Source: Octopus sinensis (taxonomy: Eukaryota). Taken from it: a stretch of 64,000 bases of DNA. The notes beneath the pieces were generated by a model. That model was not told where the DNA came from and did no database searches. It worked only from the letters and a program-made list of their open reading frames with translations. Of the stretch, positions 26,182 to 39,558 are shown piece by piece. Each line of letters opens with the position of its first letter. Positions within the stretch are counted from its first letter, which is position 1. Made by a program: the position numbers and the translations under genes. The stretch lies in the NCBI RefSeq assembly GCF_006345805.1, contig NC_043009.1, positions 55,552,001 through 55,616,000 of the forward strand, given 5' to 3'.

Positions 26182-26771
26182 ATGAAGGTGATTATGTAAT
26201 TCCTATTCTTTTGTCACTCCTTAATTAACATTGCACTCTGTACTCACCGAATGCTTTTTAAAGTATAAGCATATTAAGAATATTGAGTTGCAACAAATGA
26301 TTATTAGTATCACTATGCCTAAGTGAAATCATCATGTGTATGTGTGTGTGTGTGATAAATACGTTGGTATATAGCATGGCAAACATTTGTTTTCATTGAG
26401 GTTAAGGTTTTGAATTTCTGGCAGTAGAATATCAGGATTACTGTAAAAGGTTTATTCCCCTCTCTCAAAGAGGAATTTACAAAATGGACCAAATAAATAA
26501 ATGGGTTTATCAGTAGGAGTACTCCTTGTAATGCTATCATGGTTGAGAAGTGGTAGATTAAAGATCTTCATGGCAAGAGACCATGAAGCTTGACTGGTTT
26601 GAGAGCCAAAAGAACTTGCAGGCAATAGAATACATGATGTGATGTCATCTACTTTTCAAGTGGATGTATTGCATGTGTTGCTATTGTAGGATGATGCTTT
26701 TGATTTATGGTATTGGATAGTGATTCCATCCAAGAGTTACAGTTTGTTGTCTTTATTGTACAACTATCGTC

Positions 26772-27103
26772 TGTGTGAAAAGTCTGGCTGCATACATGTT
26801 AGCATATGTCAAGTGCATACAATTGACAACACAGTTAATTAAGATTTATTCAGTGAGTTCTATTCAACACATGTTTACACATGGAATTAGCAGAATCATT
26901 ATTAACTTTAGATGGCTCGCAGGCGAGGTGAACAAATTAGTGAGATAGATAGACTGGCAATACTTGCAGTCATGTATTCAACATCAAACTCGTGTTCGGC
27001 GTCAAATAGTTGACTGTCGTGGTGGTAACAGATTCGTGTAATAAATGTTGTGTTTTTGTTTCATAATATATATTTTTTCGAATGCAGCCAGACTTTTCAC
27101 ACA
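26772..27103 (+). mobile_element. Internally deleted Tc1-like element, 22-bp perfect TIR
   Basis: tgtgtgaaaagtctggctgcat / atgcagccagacttttcacaca. Interior carries MARRRGEQISEIDRLAI and TRVRRQIVDCRGG remnants. Confidence 0.8.
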
Positions 27104-27349
27104 AGGGCTTCTGAGGCAGTGGGATTTGGCTATGTGAGGAATGCAAGTATAGTTGTCTTAGGAGGTAAAGCCCGTGGTAAAGCCCATTTTAGGTTAAAGG
27201 TAGTTAGCTTAGAATTGGAAGAACTCTCTTCAATTGGTTAACTTAAAATATCTGAATGTTTTGTTTTTTTAATTAATTACCTTATTTCATTACCATTATA
27301 TTTTAAATGAGTACAAACACGTAGGTTAACTGTTGCTTGAATAACTTAC

Positions 27350-27496
27350 CTTCTTGCATACAGTTGAATGGAATTGTGAAATAACCAATGAAATCATCTC
27401 CTCCTAAGTCATAATCCTTGACAGTGAAACGAAGAATGCATAAGTCAGGGTGATCGATTCTGAATTCAAAGTCTTCATCCCATCTAGGATTGAAAC
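27350..27496 (-). CDS. PLCD: PLC delta exon, C2 domain second half (phase 1 to 1)
   Basis: attgtag| ... |gtaagt. Translates GFNPRWDEDFEFRIDHPDLCILRFTVKDYDLGGDDFIGYFTIPFNCMQE; the DYD calcium-ligand motif is intact. Confidence 0.97.
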
Positions 27497-27719
27497 CTAC
27501 AATAATATTTAAAATAAGTATTACATTTGACAGAGTAATCTGAATGCTAAAGGGTTAAACCTTTTCATCCATCATTACGACCAAAAATATTGGAAAGTAC
27601 TGAAGGTTATCCATAGATTTAAATAGTTTGACAGAACAGCGTTTTTTAATTAAGATATCTAATCTCAACTCACCTGATGAGAAATGTTTTTATGAATAAT
27701 TTTTGGACCTTAGTAATGA

Positions 27720-27858
27720 ATGTTGACTGCCATGACACTGCATCCTTCAAGACCCTCATGCTTTCCGAAATCCGCCGAAACTACACCTGATTATATATAC
27801 ACTTTAGATGAGTTGTAGTGCACCTGAGCACTGTACACAATTATTATTATTATTATTA
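27720..27858 (+). mobile_element. CR1-type LINE extreme 3' end with (TTA)n tail
   Basis: Nearly identical to 63688-63820. Confidence 0.88.
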
Positions 27859-28081
27859 AATCAGTCCCAAATTACCCAAATATTTTTGGTACATAAAGCA
27901 CTTCCACATGGCACTTGTTTTAGGGTTGGTTTGATGACAGTTTTTGCCAAAAATATAACAAGTGCAGTGATGATATTTAAAATGATGATTCTAAGATTTT
28001 TGAGGCAAAGCAAAAATATTCACCTCCTAAAGTCTGGGAAAGAGTAAGTAAAGTTGCTAAATTTTAAAACATAATATTTAC

Positions 28082-28217
28082 CATTGTTCCTGATGACTCT
28101 GGTCTTCTTCTCAGCTTTGTCTTCATCCATTCCATGAATCTCAATCTTAACAATGGGATCGATAACCTCTCCTTTAAAACTCTCTGATGGCTTTGGTAAT
28201 TGGTAGGCACTGATTAC
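28082..28217 (-). CDS. PLCD: PLC delta exon, C2 domain first half (phase 0 to 1)
   Basis: ctaacttcag| ... |gtaaat. Translates VISAYQLPKPSESFKGEVIDPIVKIEIHGMDEDKAEKKTRVIRNN. Confidence 0.96.
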
Positions 28218-28345
28218 CTGAAGTTAGAAATAGAAATTTTAAGCTTCTCCTTCTCCTCTCTTGATTTTATATTTGTTAAAATTAAAAGTATTAAGAAGAA
28301 ATAAAAGTGCCAATGAGTTTCCCTCTTTCAAGTCTTTTAAAAATA

Positions 28346-28876
28346 GTGAGTTGTCCGGAAAGTTTGTGCCGATTTATAGTAGCTTACCTTTCGACTTATT
28401 TTAGAACATGGTTGAGTCCATAAAATAGAATTTGACTACAACTCCATTTAGAGCGCAGTTTAAGCTATCTTTTCGTGGAAGAAGATTTATGTTCCTATAA
28501 CATGTGTTAATTCTGTAACCCGTTAAAATGGAAGATAAGAAAGTTCATTTTCGGCACTTGATGCTTTGGGAACCAGACAAAAATTGCTGCAGCTTGGCTA
28601 GGATGTGCTACCCACCTTCCATATTCAGGTCTCAGCAGAATAGTCTTAATGGTAAAAATTTCAATTTTTTGGATGATGTAAAAAGATACCTTGATGAATT
28701 CTTTGCCAGGAAACCACCTCAATTCTGGGAAGAGGGTATTTTCAAGTTAAAGGAAAGATGGAGACGCATTGTGCAACAAAATGGTTCATATATGGTTGAT
28801 TAAAAATGTAATGGCAAGTATCTATTGACCTTTTTCTTTCCTTTAAAAATCGGCACGAACTTTCCGGACAACCCAG
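28346..28876 (+). mobile_element. Internally deleted mariner, both TIRs and TA TSD
   Basis: TA|gtgagttgtccggaaagtttgtgccgattt ... aaatcggcacgaactttccggacaacccag|TA. ORF joins MEDKKVHFRHLML to FRSQQNSLNGKNF...LKERWRRIVQQNGSY. Confidence 0.93.
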
Positions 28877-29159
28877 TACTTTGAATATATATCATCATCA
28901 TCATCATTATTGCTTTGACTTCAACTTTTTCATTCTTACATGGGTCAGATGGAAATTGTTGAGATAGATTTTCTACAGCTGGAAACCCTTCCTCTAGTCA
29001 ATTCTCACCTGTTTCCAAGCAAGGTAATATTCCTCACCCCCATACCTAAACATGTTTTTCAAGAAAGGCTGGAAATGAACACCCTCACATGATGTCCAGA
29101 CAAAGGGTACATTCATATATAGATACATGACAGGTTTCTTTTAGTTTTCATCTTCCATG

Positions 29160-29473
29160 ACGGTATGTAAATTATGAACTGAAAGAACAGTTGGAAGTTG
29201 ATCCAGACCTTTATTCAAAGGTCATCACTGGTGACAAAAGATGGTGCCAAGGAATTTGCAGATGTGGAAGAGGCGAAGAAAAAAATGATGGGAGCATCAA
29301 AAGGTATCACTTCACGAGAGTTTCAGCACTGCTTTGAATTGTGGAAAACACACCTGGATCAATGCATTGCTTCAAATGGAGGATACTTTGGAAGTAATAA
29401 AAGTGTAAACATGTAAAACCAAGTGAATAAAATAATACCACAAAATTCTGGTTTCTTTTGGGTACCCTCTTCT
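29160..29473 (+). mobile_element. Mariner deletion fragment with 3' TIR
   Basis: DPDLYSKVITGD joined to FADVEE..KKM...FQHCFELWKTHLDQCIASNGGYF; ends ttcttttgggtaccctc. Confidence 0.78.
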
Positions 29474-29960
29474 ATATAAAGAAATTTGAATTAGAAGTGC
29501 AATTCTTCCAACAGGCTTTTATACAGTTTGTGTCTCCCCAATTTCATTTATGGGTTCACCCAAAACTACAGGAAATTACAATTGCCTAAACTGCCACACA
29601 GAGGAATCAAACCTGAGATCTTGGGGTTATCAAGCAAACTTATTAATCATTTGTTCATACAGTGCCTACACATACACACAGGTTTGAAATTAATGCCGTA
29701 AGTAACAGAACAGAAGACAAAGTGAAATTATTAGTTCAATACTGAATGAAAAGCTGAGAAAGTGAAAGTGTCGATGTTTTGAGCGGAAGCTCTTCTTCAG
29801 AAAGTTAGTAAGAAGAGAGTAGTAGTGTAGAGGAAAGAGAGAAAATGAGTAATGAAGAAATATGCCTTGTATCATGTTAGAAATATGCATGCATACATAC
29901 ATACATATATGCACATACACACTCATAGACTTGCTTGTAAAAAATTTTAACGCCTCTTAC

Positions 29961-30007
29961 CTTTATGGCTAATAATTTAGGTTGGGATGGTTCTACTTCA
30001 GGTTTAC
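29961..30007 (-). CDS. PLCD: PLC delta 47-nt exon, Y-C2 connector (phase 1 to 0)
   Basis: tttgcaccag| ... |gtaaga. Translates GKPEVEPSQPKLLAIK and supplies exactly the phase change needed between the neighbouring exons. Confidence 0.9.
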
Positions 30008-30811
30008 CTGGTGCAAATGAAAATGAATAGTGTAGAATATTGGAATATTATAAAATATTGAATAATGCACAATATTGGGAAATGATATAAAATATTGAGA
30101 ACTAAGGTGAATACTGGAAAAAACATGTCCTATGTTCAAGTCCCACAAGCACAGACTTTATCTTTCATCTCCCCTGGGACTGATAAAATAAAATACCAGT
30201 CATATACTGTTGCAGACACAATAAATTGTCCCTTCTGGTGCCTATTTGTCAAACTCCCAGTGGCACGTAAAAAGCACCATTTGAGAGTAGTCATTGCCAG
30301 TGCCACCTGACTGGCTCCTGTGCTGCTGGTATGTAAAAAGTACCATTCGAGTGTGGTCGATGCCAGTGCCAGCTGACTGCTCCCATACTGGTAACACGTA
30401 AAAAGCTCCCACTACACTCTCGGAGTGGTTGGCACTAGGAAGGGCATCCAGCTGTTGAAACATTACCAGATTGGATTGGAGCTTGGTGTGCCTACAGTAG
30501 AAATGGTTATTATTGATATTTATTATTATTTTTATTATATAAGGCGGTGAGCTGGCAGTCATTAGCAACCGAGGCAAAAAGTTTAGTGGCATTTCATGTC
30601 TTAATGTTATGAATTCAAATTCAATTTTTAAAAAAAGTTCCATTATATTTTTATAATTAAATATTAGGAATTGCATAAAAAAATTGTTAAAATATTTTGA
30701 GTATTGTAAATGTATTACCAATTTAGTGTATGTAAATTTTAACAGCAAAATCTTATGTGGAACCTGGTTGAGAACCACTAAATTACACTGAGCATTACTC
30801 TTATACAGTAC

Positions 30812-30919
30812 CTGATAGTAAATAGCTTGGTTTTAGAAGATATCCACATCCACCATTATCCAGGAATTTTCCCAACAAGAGTTGCATAGGTGTGTCTTCT
30901 GTTTGGTAGTTGAGTGCCA
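30812..30919 (-). CDS. PLCD: PLC delta exon, end of Y box (phase 1 to 1)
   Basis: 108 nt between tatttccag| and |gtactg. Translates [36 protein letters not shown]. Confidence 0.97.
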
Positions 30920-30994
30920 CTGGAAATAGTTTGGAAGATGAATGTGAAAATTATATACAAGTTGTACTAAATGTATATTATTTGGCAAAACAAG

Positions 30995-31473
30995 TGCTAC
31001 TAAGTTATGTACAAAGAGTCCAGAAGCTGGCTACCCGCATGGTTCTTGGTCTCAAGAATTTATCTTATGAAGAAAGGCTGAAGACGCTCGACCTTTATTC
31101 TCTAGAAAAACGACGATGCCGTGGTGATCTCATTCTTGCTCACAACATCATAAGCGGAAAGTGTAACCTCTCGAAAGAGCTGTTCTTCACTCCTGCTCCA
31201 GAGTGTCAGCTGTGGGGTCATTCCGAAAAGCTCTATCTGCAACAATTTCATCTCAATCGAAGGAGAGGGGCTTTCTCCGTCCAGGTTGCGGATCTGTGGA
31301 ATAAGCTGCCGGATGAGATGGTGATGATGCTGACGACCGCTCGGTTCAAAGTCTCCCTTGACCACAAGTGGCCTGAACTCTTTACATGAACACCCACCCT
31401 ATACATAACTCCATGTCCCCCTACATGGCCTTGCTTTTTGCTTTTTGAGCCCAAAAATTAACTAACTAACTAA
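30995..31473 (+). mobile_element. CR1-type LINE 3' fragment with (CTAA)n tail
   Basis: VQRVQKLATRMV.GLKNLSYEERLKTLDLYSLEKRRCRGDLI...AFSVQVADLWNKLP. Confidence 0.93.
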
Positions 31474-32555
31474 ATATGATTCTATGGATAGTACAATAAA
31501 GCATGTTTAAGTGGAAGGAGATGAATGGGTGCAACTGTTTAGATATTGATATGGTGCAAGAAGAAGATAGGCACAATAGAATAATTAAAGTATGAGATGA
31601 TACTACATTAATAACACTATAACACGATTTTTGTCCTTGGGTAGCAATTGTTATTTCCTATTTGCTTACCCCTAGAAAGAGTGTAAATTGGCTAATATTT
31701 CCTTTATACTTTGTTTTTGTTATATTTATTCAACCCCCCAAAGAACCCCTCTCAGTACATGGCTATGATGCTCCCCCACTACTCCTGTCCATGATCAGAG
31801 ATGCACATATTGTCAACCAGTAAGGGATATGCTCAAGTGGTTAAGGTCAAGCAACTGACAAGCAAATCCGTGGTATTGAGCAGAATATTTGCTATAACAA
31901 TCATTCTGCTTTAGCAACTCAGTGCTGAATCTGTATAAAATGTGATGGAAAAATGAGCCAGTTTCAAAGCAGTAATGTCCAGGTCACAAAAGCAAATTTT
32001 GAAGGGAATAGTAGTCATTTCCTTTGATTTATAGATAGAAGAAAATAGGAAATAACACTTATTGACCAAATACCAAAATGAATAAATAAGTAGAAATTGT
32101 TATGGAGTGTAATGAAACTGATATTTATTTTAATGAATTAGTCAATCAATGAGTGTCAGCACTCAAAGTTTTTGTAGGCCGGTTACTTTCCAGACTGGTT
32201 AAATAAAAGAATGCAATTGATATTCAGTTCAAGGACCTGTAAGTCATCAATGCCTTCAAGGAATCCATGAACAAGGAGAAAATTCCAAGTGGTTTATAAC
32301 CATCAAGGGAGGAATGGTCCAGCAAAGTGTTCAATGTGGAACCTGGTAGAGCAGGGGAGGTATATGTTTGTATCACTCAACTGTCTTAAAAAAGGAAAGA
32401 TACATTAGATAATGTAGTTCTTCATATTTTGTCTGACAAAAAAGGAGGAGGAGGAAGAGGAGAGAAAGAAAAGGAAAGGGTAGCCATTGTTCGAATGATT
32501 TTCTTTTTAAGTTTGCTCAAAGATGATTTGTGGCACAACAACAACATTTACTTAC

Positions 32556-32738
32556 CAACTTGGCAGCCAACATTCCACATCATCACTGGAGTATAATTAC
32601 TGGAATCGGTACGAAGACCAGCAGGGTATGTTCTAACCATAATTGCTTTGGTCAGCTTTCGGTTGTCTTCAACTATATTTTCTTCCAATAAGTTACACAT
32701 TTTCATCTCTCCAATGGAAGTCATTTTGAAAGGATCAC
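32556..32738 (-). CDS. PLCD: PLC delta exon, Y box (phase 1 to 1)
   Basis: 183 nt between ttttccag| and |gtaagt. Translates GDPFKMTSIGEMKM...MVRTYPAGLRTDSSNYTPVMMWNVGCQV, containing the PI-PLC Y-box signature RxYPxGxRxDSSNYxP...WNxGCQ. Confidence 0.97.
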
Positions 32739-33254
32739 CTGGAAAAAAATAATTTCATTAAATTACTCAGCCAGTTTGAAAAAAAAAAAAAAAAAATCCA
32801 TCTCAAAGACGAGAATGTTACTGATGATGAACTGTGTTCAATGTACGCCTATTGCTTTGGTTGTCAACCTCAGAGTAGCATTTAATTAATGGGCGTTGTA
32901 TTGGGTATTAAAATCATTTTCATAGGTTTATGGTGGACACTACCGTATAACTGGTAAAGTTGATAGTGAACCAAGCCTATGCAACCTTCCAGGAGTTCAC
33001 AATACAAAGTATTGTCTACTCTACTGATGCCTTTATGAGAGGCATCAATTTCACAATATCCTATCTTTCCATTTCCTGAAGCCAATCGGATTAATAATCT
33101 AATTGAAAGCCATCTCAAATCCCTACAAATAACTTGACTATTCAACACACCAATGTATGAATGAAATAAGCATCTATAACTTATTAGTTGTCTATATGTT
33201 TGAGCAGTATTATTGTTAATAAGATTATAATTTTACTGCAGTCTATTAACTTTA

Positions 33255-33570
33255 TTTTTAGAAATGGGCACGTAAAAAGCACCATCCGACTGTGGCCGTT
33301 GCCAACTTCGTCTGGTCCCCGTGCCGGTGGCACATAAAAAGCACCATCCGATCGTGGCCATTTGCCAGCCTTGTCTGGCACCTGTGCCGGTGGCATGTAA
33401 AAAGCACCCACTACACTCACGGAGTGGCTGGCGTTAGGAATGGCATCCAGCTGTAGAAACACTGCCAGATCAGACTGGGCCTGGTGCAGCCTTCTGGCTT
33501 CCCAGACCCCAGTTGAACCGTCCAACCCATGCCAGCATGGAAAGCAGACGTTAAACGATGATGATGATGA
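33255..33570 (+). mobile_element. SINE family E with internal tandem units
   Basis: Three gcac(g/a)taaaaagcacc units followed by the conserved 3' end and (GAT)n. Confidence 0.87.
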
Positions 33571-35024
33571 TTTACACCTGCCCTACATTTTGATTGGTTT
33601 GATCTCAAGTTCATCAAGTCTCTTAATCCTAGATGTCCTATCACACAGCCTTTTGCCATCAATACACAGACACCCCAAGGCACCAGATAATCTCCTGTTG
33701 CTACCACAATCTTCTTTCTACTTATGCAATAAATCCCATCAAATATCGGATATTCAATATTTTCAAGAAAATTATTCCATTATTATACAGAAACATGAAA
33801 ACATAACAAAACAATGATAATTCAATAAGTAACTGGAATAATTCATAAGTTAGGTGAAAAATATTTAATACATATCAGAGAATATTAATAAGTCTATTCT
33901 GATTAGGATAAAGAAGAAATAGAGAATGAACATTAACAAATCATTGCACTTTCAAATTATCTCCCTTGCTTCTTGACATTAGGCCTTACTTGAGCTTAGA
34001 TATCTACACACATATCAAGGTACAAACACACTCATATCTATCTTAAACATATGTATCAACACACACACAGAGTAATGCAAACAGCCAAACAGCATTCTAT
34101 CTCACTTCATCCCCGTCTCTCTCATCTACTACAGCTAATTTTCTCATATCCTTTTTGTTTTATGTTCAGACAGGCCAGATCCAACCTATCACTCCTACTC
34201 TACAATGTCAGTGCAAAAACAAACAATTAGATCTTCTGAATCTCAAAGCTACAAGATCACACGTGATTAATTCAAAATAACGTGAATAAATAAGCATCTA
34301 ATTTGACAGTAATCTAATTGCTAAAGGGATAAAGAAAAAGTCTTTGGCTAATACACATTGTTTACCAATGTTTCCACTCTACAGTACTTTCATGCCAATA
34401 ACATTGTTGCCCTTCATACACCACCACCATGCAAACTTCTACATACTACAGCCACTACCGCATAAACACATACACCATCACCACTAAATAAATTCCCCAC
34501 ACCACAACCACTATGTTAAATTCCCACTCTACATTATTAACTTCCTATCCCACCACCATCTTCTCCATGTAACCCACCCTCGCGCACACACACACACTGC
34601 CCTATTAACTCTCAATACTCTTGTCTCTGCTGCAGTGGCCACACCATGACCAGCACCCTCATAATATTAACTCTGCATGATACTATCATGTAAATTGTGA
34701 CACAACTACTAGGTTAAATGACATTATAAGGAGCTGTATCTTCTGAGAAAATACAAGCTGATGAAAGAACTGCTATAGGGTTGATCAACATACTAGAAAT
34801 AGCAGTCAAATTTCCCTCTAGTCACACACACTAGGATTTTTTTAAATAAGAACAAAATCGACAATATAGTCCTTGATGAATGAAATGAGGAATAGTTGCA
34901 ACCGGAATGTCTTTAATGACAGGTCTGCTCAATCAAGGTTGACTTGAAGCTAAACATTACCTGGAAAACTATTTATTCACATGGTTAATCTTATGGCTTG
35001 ATAAAAATAATGTAATGATCTTAC

Positions 35025-35247
35025 CATTATCTACAGCATGTTCAATAGAAGTGAACCTTTGGCTTCGAATTCCTATGAGTTCACTCAGTGATTTCTCTAA
35101 CTTCACCTTCTTTGGAATCTTCTCTTTTGGCATTTCAATGCCTTCTCTAGAGGCCTCAGCTTTCTTCTTCTCTTCCTCCATTTCTTCAGCTTCATCTTCA
35201 TCGCTGACTCCATCATTGTCTGTAGAGAGGGGTGGCAGTTTCTTACC
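35025..35247 (-). CDS. PLCD: Phospholipase C delta exon: end of X box, acidic X-Y linker, start of Y box (phase 0 to 1)
   Basis: Acceptor ttcatttcag| and donor |gtaaga. Translates GKKLPPLSTDNDGVSDEDEAEEMEEEKKK...VKLEKSLSELIGIRSQRFTSIEHAVDN. VSDEDEAEEMEEE matches the PLC-delta linker motif VSDEDEAAEMEDE. Confidence 0.93.
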
Positions 35248-38200
35248 CTGAAATGAAAATTCATGCATTTATTATCCACTCAGTTTTTCATTAGCAACAA
35301 AGCCTGTTGAATGGGGGAAAAAAATTGAACAACTTGCTCAAGAGATCAAATCTACTGCAGGTATTTTGTTGTGTTTCTGAATAAAAAACTTTATTTTACC
35401 TTGTCTCAATTAACTCAGCTGTCAAAAGGGATGTTGTAAACAATTAACTGATGCTCTATCCACTGGCAAATTTATCCATACCATGTAGGTTATGAAATCA
35501 GAGCTAAACTTAGCTCTCTTTGCTCCCGAGGTCATGAAACTTCATGACTCAGGAGACATGTTATACATTCATTTCAAGATGGGAAATTAAAAACAATTTA
35601 AGCAACAAGAAATATTTACAAAAAATATTTTCTTGGGGGAAAAAATTGTTCCTCTTTAAATATAATCTTTTTGTTGATCACAAAAGTAAAACATATTTTA
35701 CTTTGATTTAGATTTATATGACAAATATTTCTGTGTTCAAATCAAGGTTAAATTTTAATAACCAACCATTATGTTGGCATCAAGCAGACCAAATGTTAAA
35801 ATTTACAAAAATGAAAAGAAAGTATGAAAAAATAAAAACAATTTTTAAATGTAGAAGAATATTACTGTTTAAATAAATGGCTAAATACAAGTAAGTTATA
35901 TCAGCGATGTATTGGCAGTTTCAAGATTCACACAGTGCTAGACAGAAGGTGAATGAAAAGGTTAATGCGGCACTTAAAGCAAGAAGATATTAAAACTGTT
36001 TTAGTTGTTACAGTTATTATTCTCTGCACTATAAAACAACAAAAGCTTCATTAAGTTGAAAACTCGTTAGTTACAGCATTCATTCAATTTCAATACAATC
36101 AATATATTTCAAATAATAATGAAACAAAAGTAAATTTACTGTGATTTCATGAGTTTAAAAGAAATGTCAATAAACAAATACAATAGGGAATAAAGAATTT
36201 ATGTTTGAGGGTGTGTGATAAAATCCAAAGTTGACGTTAGTACAACAGAGAACTCCTCATAGTTGTTGATATAACTGAATCCTGCTGTGAAGGCTGACAG
36301 AAGGATAAAATACAATGCTTTTAATATTTTTTTTCAAATTTAGAAACTCAGTGATTAACATACGCTAGTAGCCAATTATTCATATTTGCGACATATGAAT
36401 AAAAGGACAAGTATGAATTGATAGTTTGCATTTGACATGAGTTAAGTGATATTTTATTTTTTCAAACTTCGAAGAAAGAGGAAATTCAAGGCCAACCCCG
36501 ACAAGATTCGAACACATGACGAAATTATACAAAGTAACGTAAAACATTTTACCCCGTTACTAGATAGATTTTTGCCTGAATGAAAAAAATTAAAGAAAGA
36601 GGGAAGCAACTCCTTTTAGATCAATTAGCATTATCTCCCTTGATAGTCTATTTTATTTCGTTTAATTATACAAAAAACAAACCAATAAAGAAGACAGCAT
36701 AAACAGACTATATATTAATTGTATATTACCTTTTATCTTTCACTTACTTCAGTCACTGGACTGTGACCATACTGGGGCACCGCCTTGAAGAGGTTTTAGT
36801 TAAACGAATCGTGTCCTGTACTTTTTTTTAAAGCATAGTATTTATTCTATCAGGCCCCTATGCTGAACTGCTAAATTGCAGGGATGTCAACAAACCAACA
36901 CCAATCATCAGGCAGTGGTCACACACACACACACACACACACACGATAGGCTTCTTTTAGTTTCCATTTACCAAATCTACTCAGAAAGCTTTGGTGGGTG
37001 GTGGTAATGGAGGCAAGGAGGTAGAATAGAAGATACTTGTTTAAGGTGCCGTGCAGAGAGACTGAACCCAAGACAGCCTAGTTGAGAAGCAAGCTTCTTA
37101 ACCACACAACTATGTCTGCACCTATCATAAATGTATAAAACTATGTCATTGGGATATGAAACCAGATTTCTGGGATTGAACTGTTTCTGTAAACTGTCTA
37201 ATCAGTCAAATAGTTAGAATTAATTAGTGGTGGACTTAATTTGTCCAGCTCAAATTGACTAATGACAGTCAAGTCATGAATATTAAAATATCATGAAACT
37301 TCATAGACATTTGACTCATCCATATTCAGTAGTAGTTAACTCATCAGGTGGAGGCATATGGCTTAGTGGTTAGGGTGATGAACTCATGATTGTAAGACTG
37401 TGGTTTCGATTCCTGGACCGGGCGATGCGTTGTGTTCTTGAGCAAAACACTTCATTTCACATTGCTCCAGTCCACTCCTTGCGATGGACCAGCGTCCTGT
37501 CCAGGCGGAGAATTTCCACGCCACTGAAACCAGTCCTTATGAGCCTGGCATGGCTTGAGAAGGAACATTAAATTATTAACTCACCAGAGTGCATTAACAA
37601 ACATTTAAAAAACCAATATTTGGAACTGTAAATATATGTATCGAAATACAGTTTAAAAAATGAATTCTGAAGCAGGTTAGCTGTGAAGGTACGTGATTGA
37701 ACTAATGTTTTTTAGTTTATATGTATGTATCGTATATGTATTTATATGTATGTATATATTGTAACTAACCAAAAATAAAAGTTTGAATCATAAACATATG
37801 AAAATAAATATATATGTTGCTGTGTCAAGAAACTGTTTTTGTGATGAAGTTAACTCTGATAACATTATCTTAATATATAAAGCAGAGCTTGTGTGTGTGT
37901 GTGTGTGTGTATGTTCCTTATGCATTCGAAAACTTAGTTGCTGATTTTGATGTATGGGGTATCAAAAGATTCAGTAATCTTTCAGCTACAAAATAAACTT
38001 TATTTTCATTTATATATCTGCATTACAAAAATTTAACATTATAATCTTTCTATAAGTCAGCTATTGTAAACAACATTTTATACCACCACATCACATTTTC
38101 TATATGAGCATGTGTCTGTTTATGTGTGTATGTGTGTGCGTGTTTGTTATGTACATTAGGCCGATGACTGAGAAGTATAGGTGTGAGAATGTATGTGACG

Positions 38201-38619
38201 GTGTATGTGTGAACATACATTTTTGTGATGGCTGATACACACACACGCATCTAAAGAGAGAGAGAGACACACACTCGTAGAGGGACAGAGATACACATGA
38301 GGAGTGTGTGAATGTATGTCTTTCTGTGTCTGTCTTAGTGTATGTATGTGAGTGTATGTCAGACTATGTGTGACTGTATGTGATAATTTTTATGTTAGGC
38401 CTCAGACAATTAAACACACACACATCTACACATACATATACATATGTGTATGAGTGTGTCTGTGTCTGTGTGTGTGTGTTTCTGCATTTGGTAAGTCTAT
38501 AGTAAACTATAGCAAAGGACATTTTATGCCTTTTTAATGAGCCCACATCTAATGAAGCAACCATCCTTATGCTAGGTGACCCCATGAAAATCCTGATATT
38601 CTCATCTGTGCTTGAGATA

Positions 38620-39558
38620 ACAACCTTACAAGCAACATCAGAGTACTTCTACTAGGTGATCATACAAGCTTCTTAAGATTGGTAATGGGATATTAACATT
38701 CAATCAAATGATACTTTCTCTTCGGGATCTTATGGATAAAGTATTTCCTAATTTATTTGTCAATTACACTGATGTAAACTGGCTATATGAAAGAACTATA
38801 ATGGTTCCAGCTAATGAAATGGTTGATAAACTCAATCATGGACTTCTTCAAAAGTTAACAGATACATCATAAATGACTTTTTGATCAATTGACAACAGTC
38901 AATCAAGTTCAGAATGTTCAATGCCCTGTAGAATTTTTGAACACACTTAAACCCACTGGGATGCCACCGCATAACTTGACACTAAAACTGGGTGCTCCTA
39001 TTATATTGCTTCGGAATCTTGACCCATCTCACCTATGTAATGGAACTTGCTTAAGTGTTACTTCCATGAAGCCCCATGTCCTATAGGCAACAATCATAAC
39101 AGGTAGTCACAAAGGAGAAAACGTCTTTATTTCAAAAATTCCCCTCATACCTACAGATGTTCCATGTCGATTTAAGACACTTCAGTTTCCAGTCAAACTA
39201 AGTCTTGGTATTTCAATTAACAAATCTCAGACTCAATCGCTCAAAGTAGTTGGACTTGATCTCTCTACTACATGCTTCTCTCACAGCCAACTCTATGTTG
39301 CTTGCTTGCAAGTTGGAAGCAGCAATAATTTATTCATTTCGACGTCAACAAAAAATTACACAATGAATATTGTTTACCCTGAGGTGCTTCAACGTTGACA
39401 GATTTTCAGTTTGAAATTTTAGCATCGTTACGATTTGGATATTTTTTAATAAAGTATAGATATTTTGAAATAATTATGAGAATATATCTTTATATTTATT
39501 GTTTACTAATCTGAAGAAGAACAGCAGTAACCTGGGCAATGCCAGGTTATTCAGCTAG
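38620..39558 (+). mobile_element. Helitron 3' portion: PIF1 helicase remnant plus terminal hairpin and CTAG
   Basis: LMDKVFPNL...WLYERTI, GMPPHNLTLKLGAPIILLRNL..LCNGT, FPVKLSLGISINKSQTQSLKVVGLDL..CFSHSQLYVA. Hairpin taacctgg/ccaggtta (39528-39549), then CTAG|T. Confidence 0.95.
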
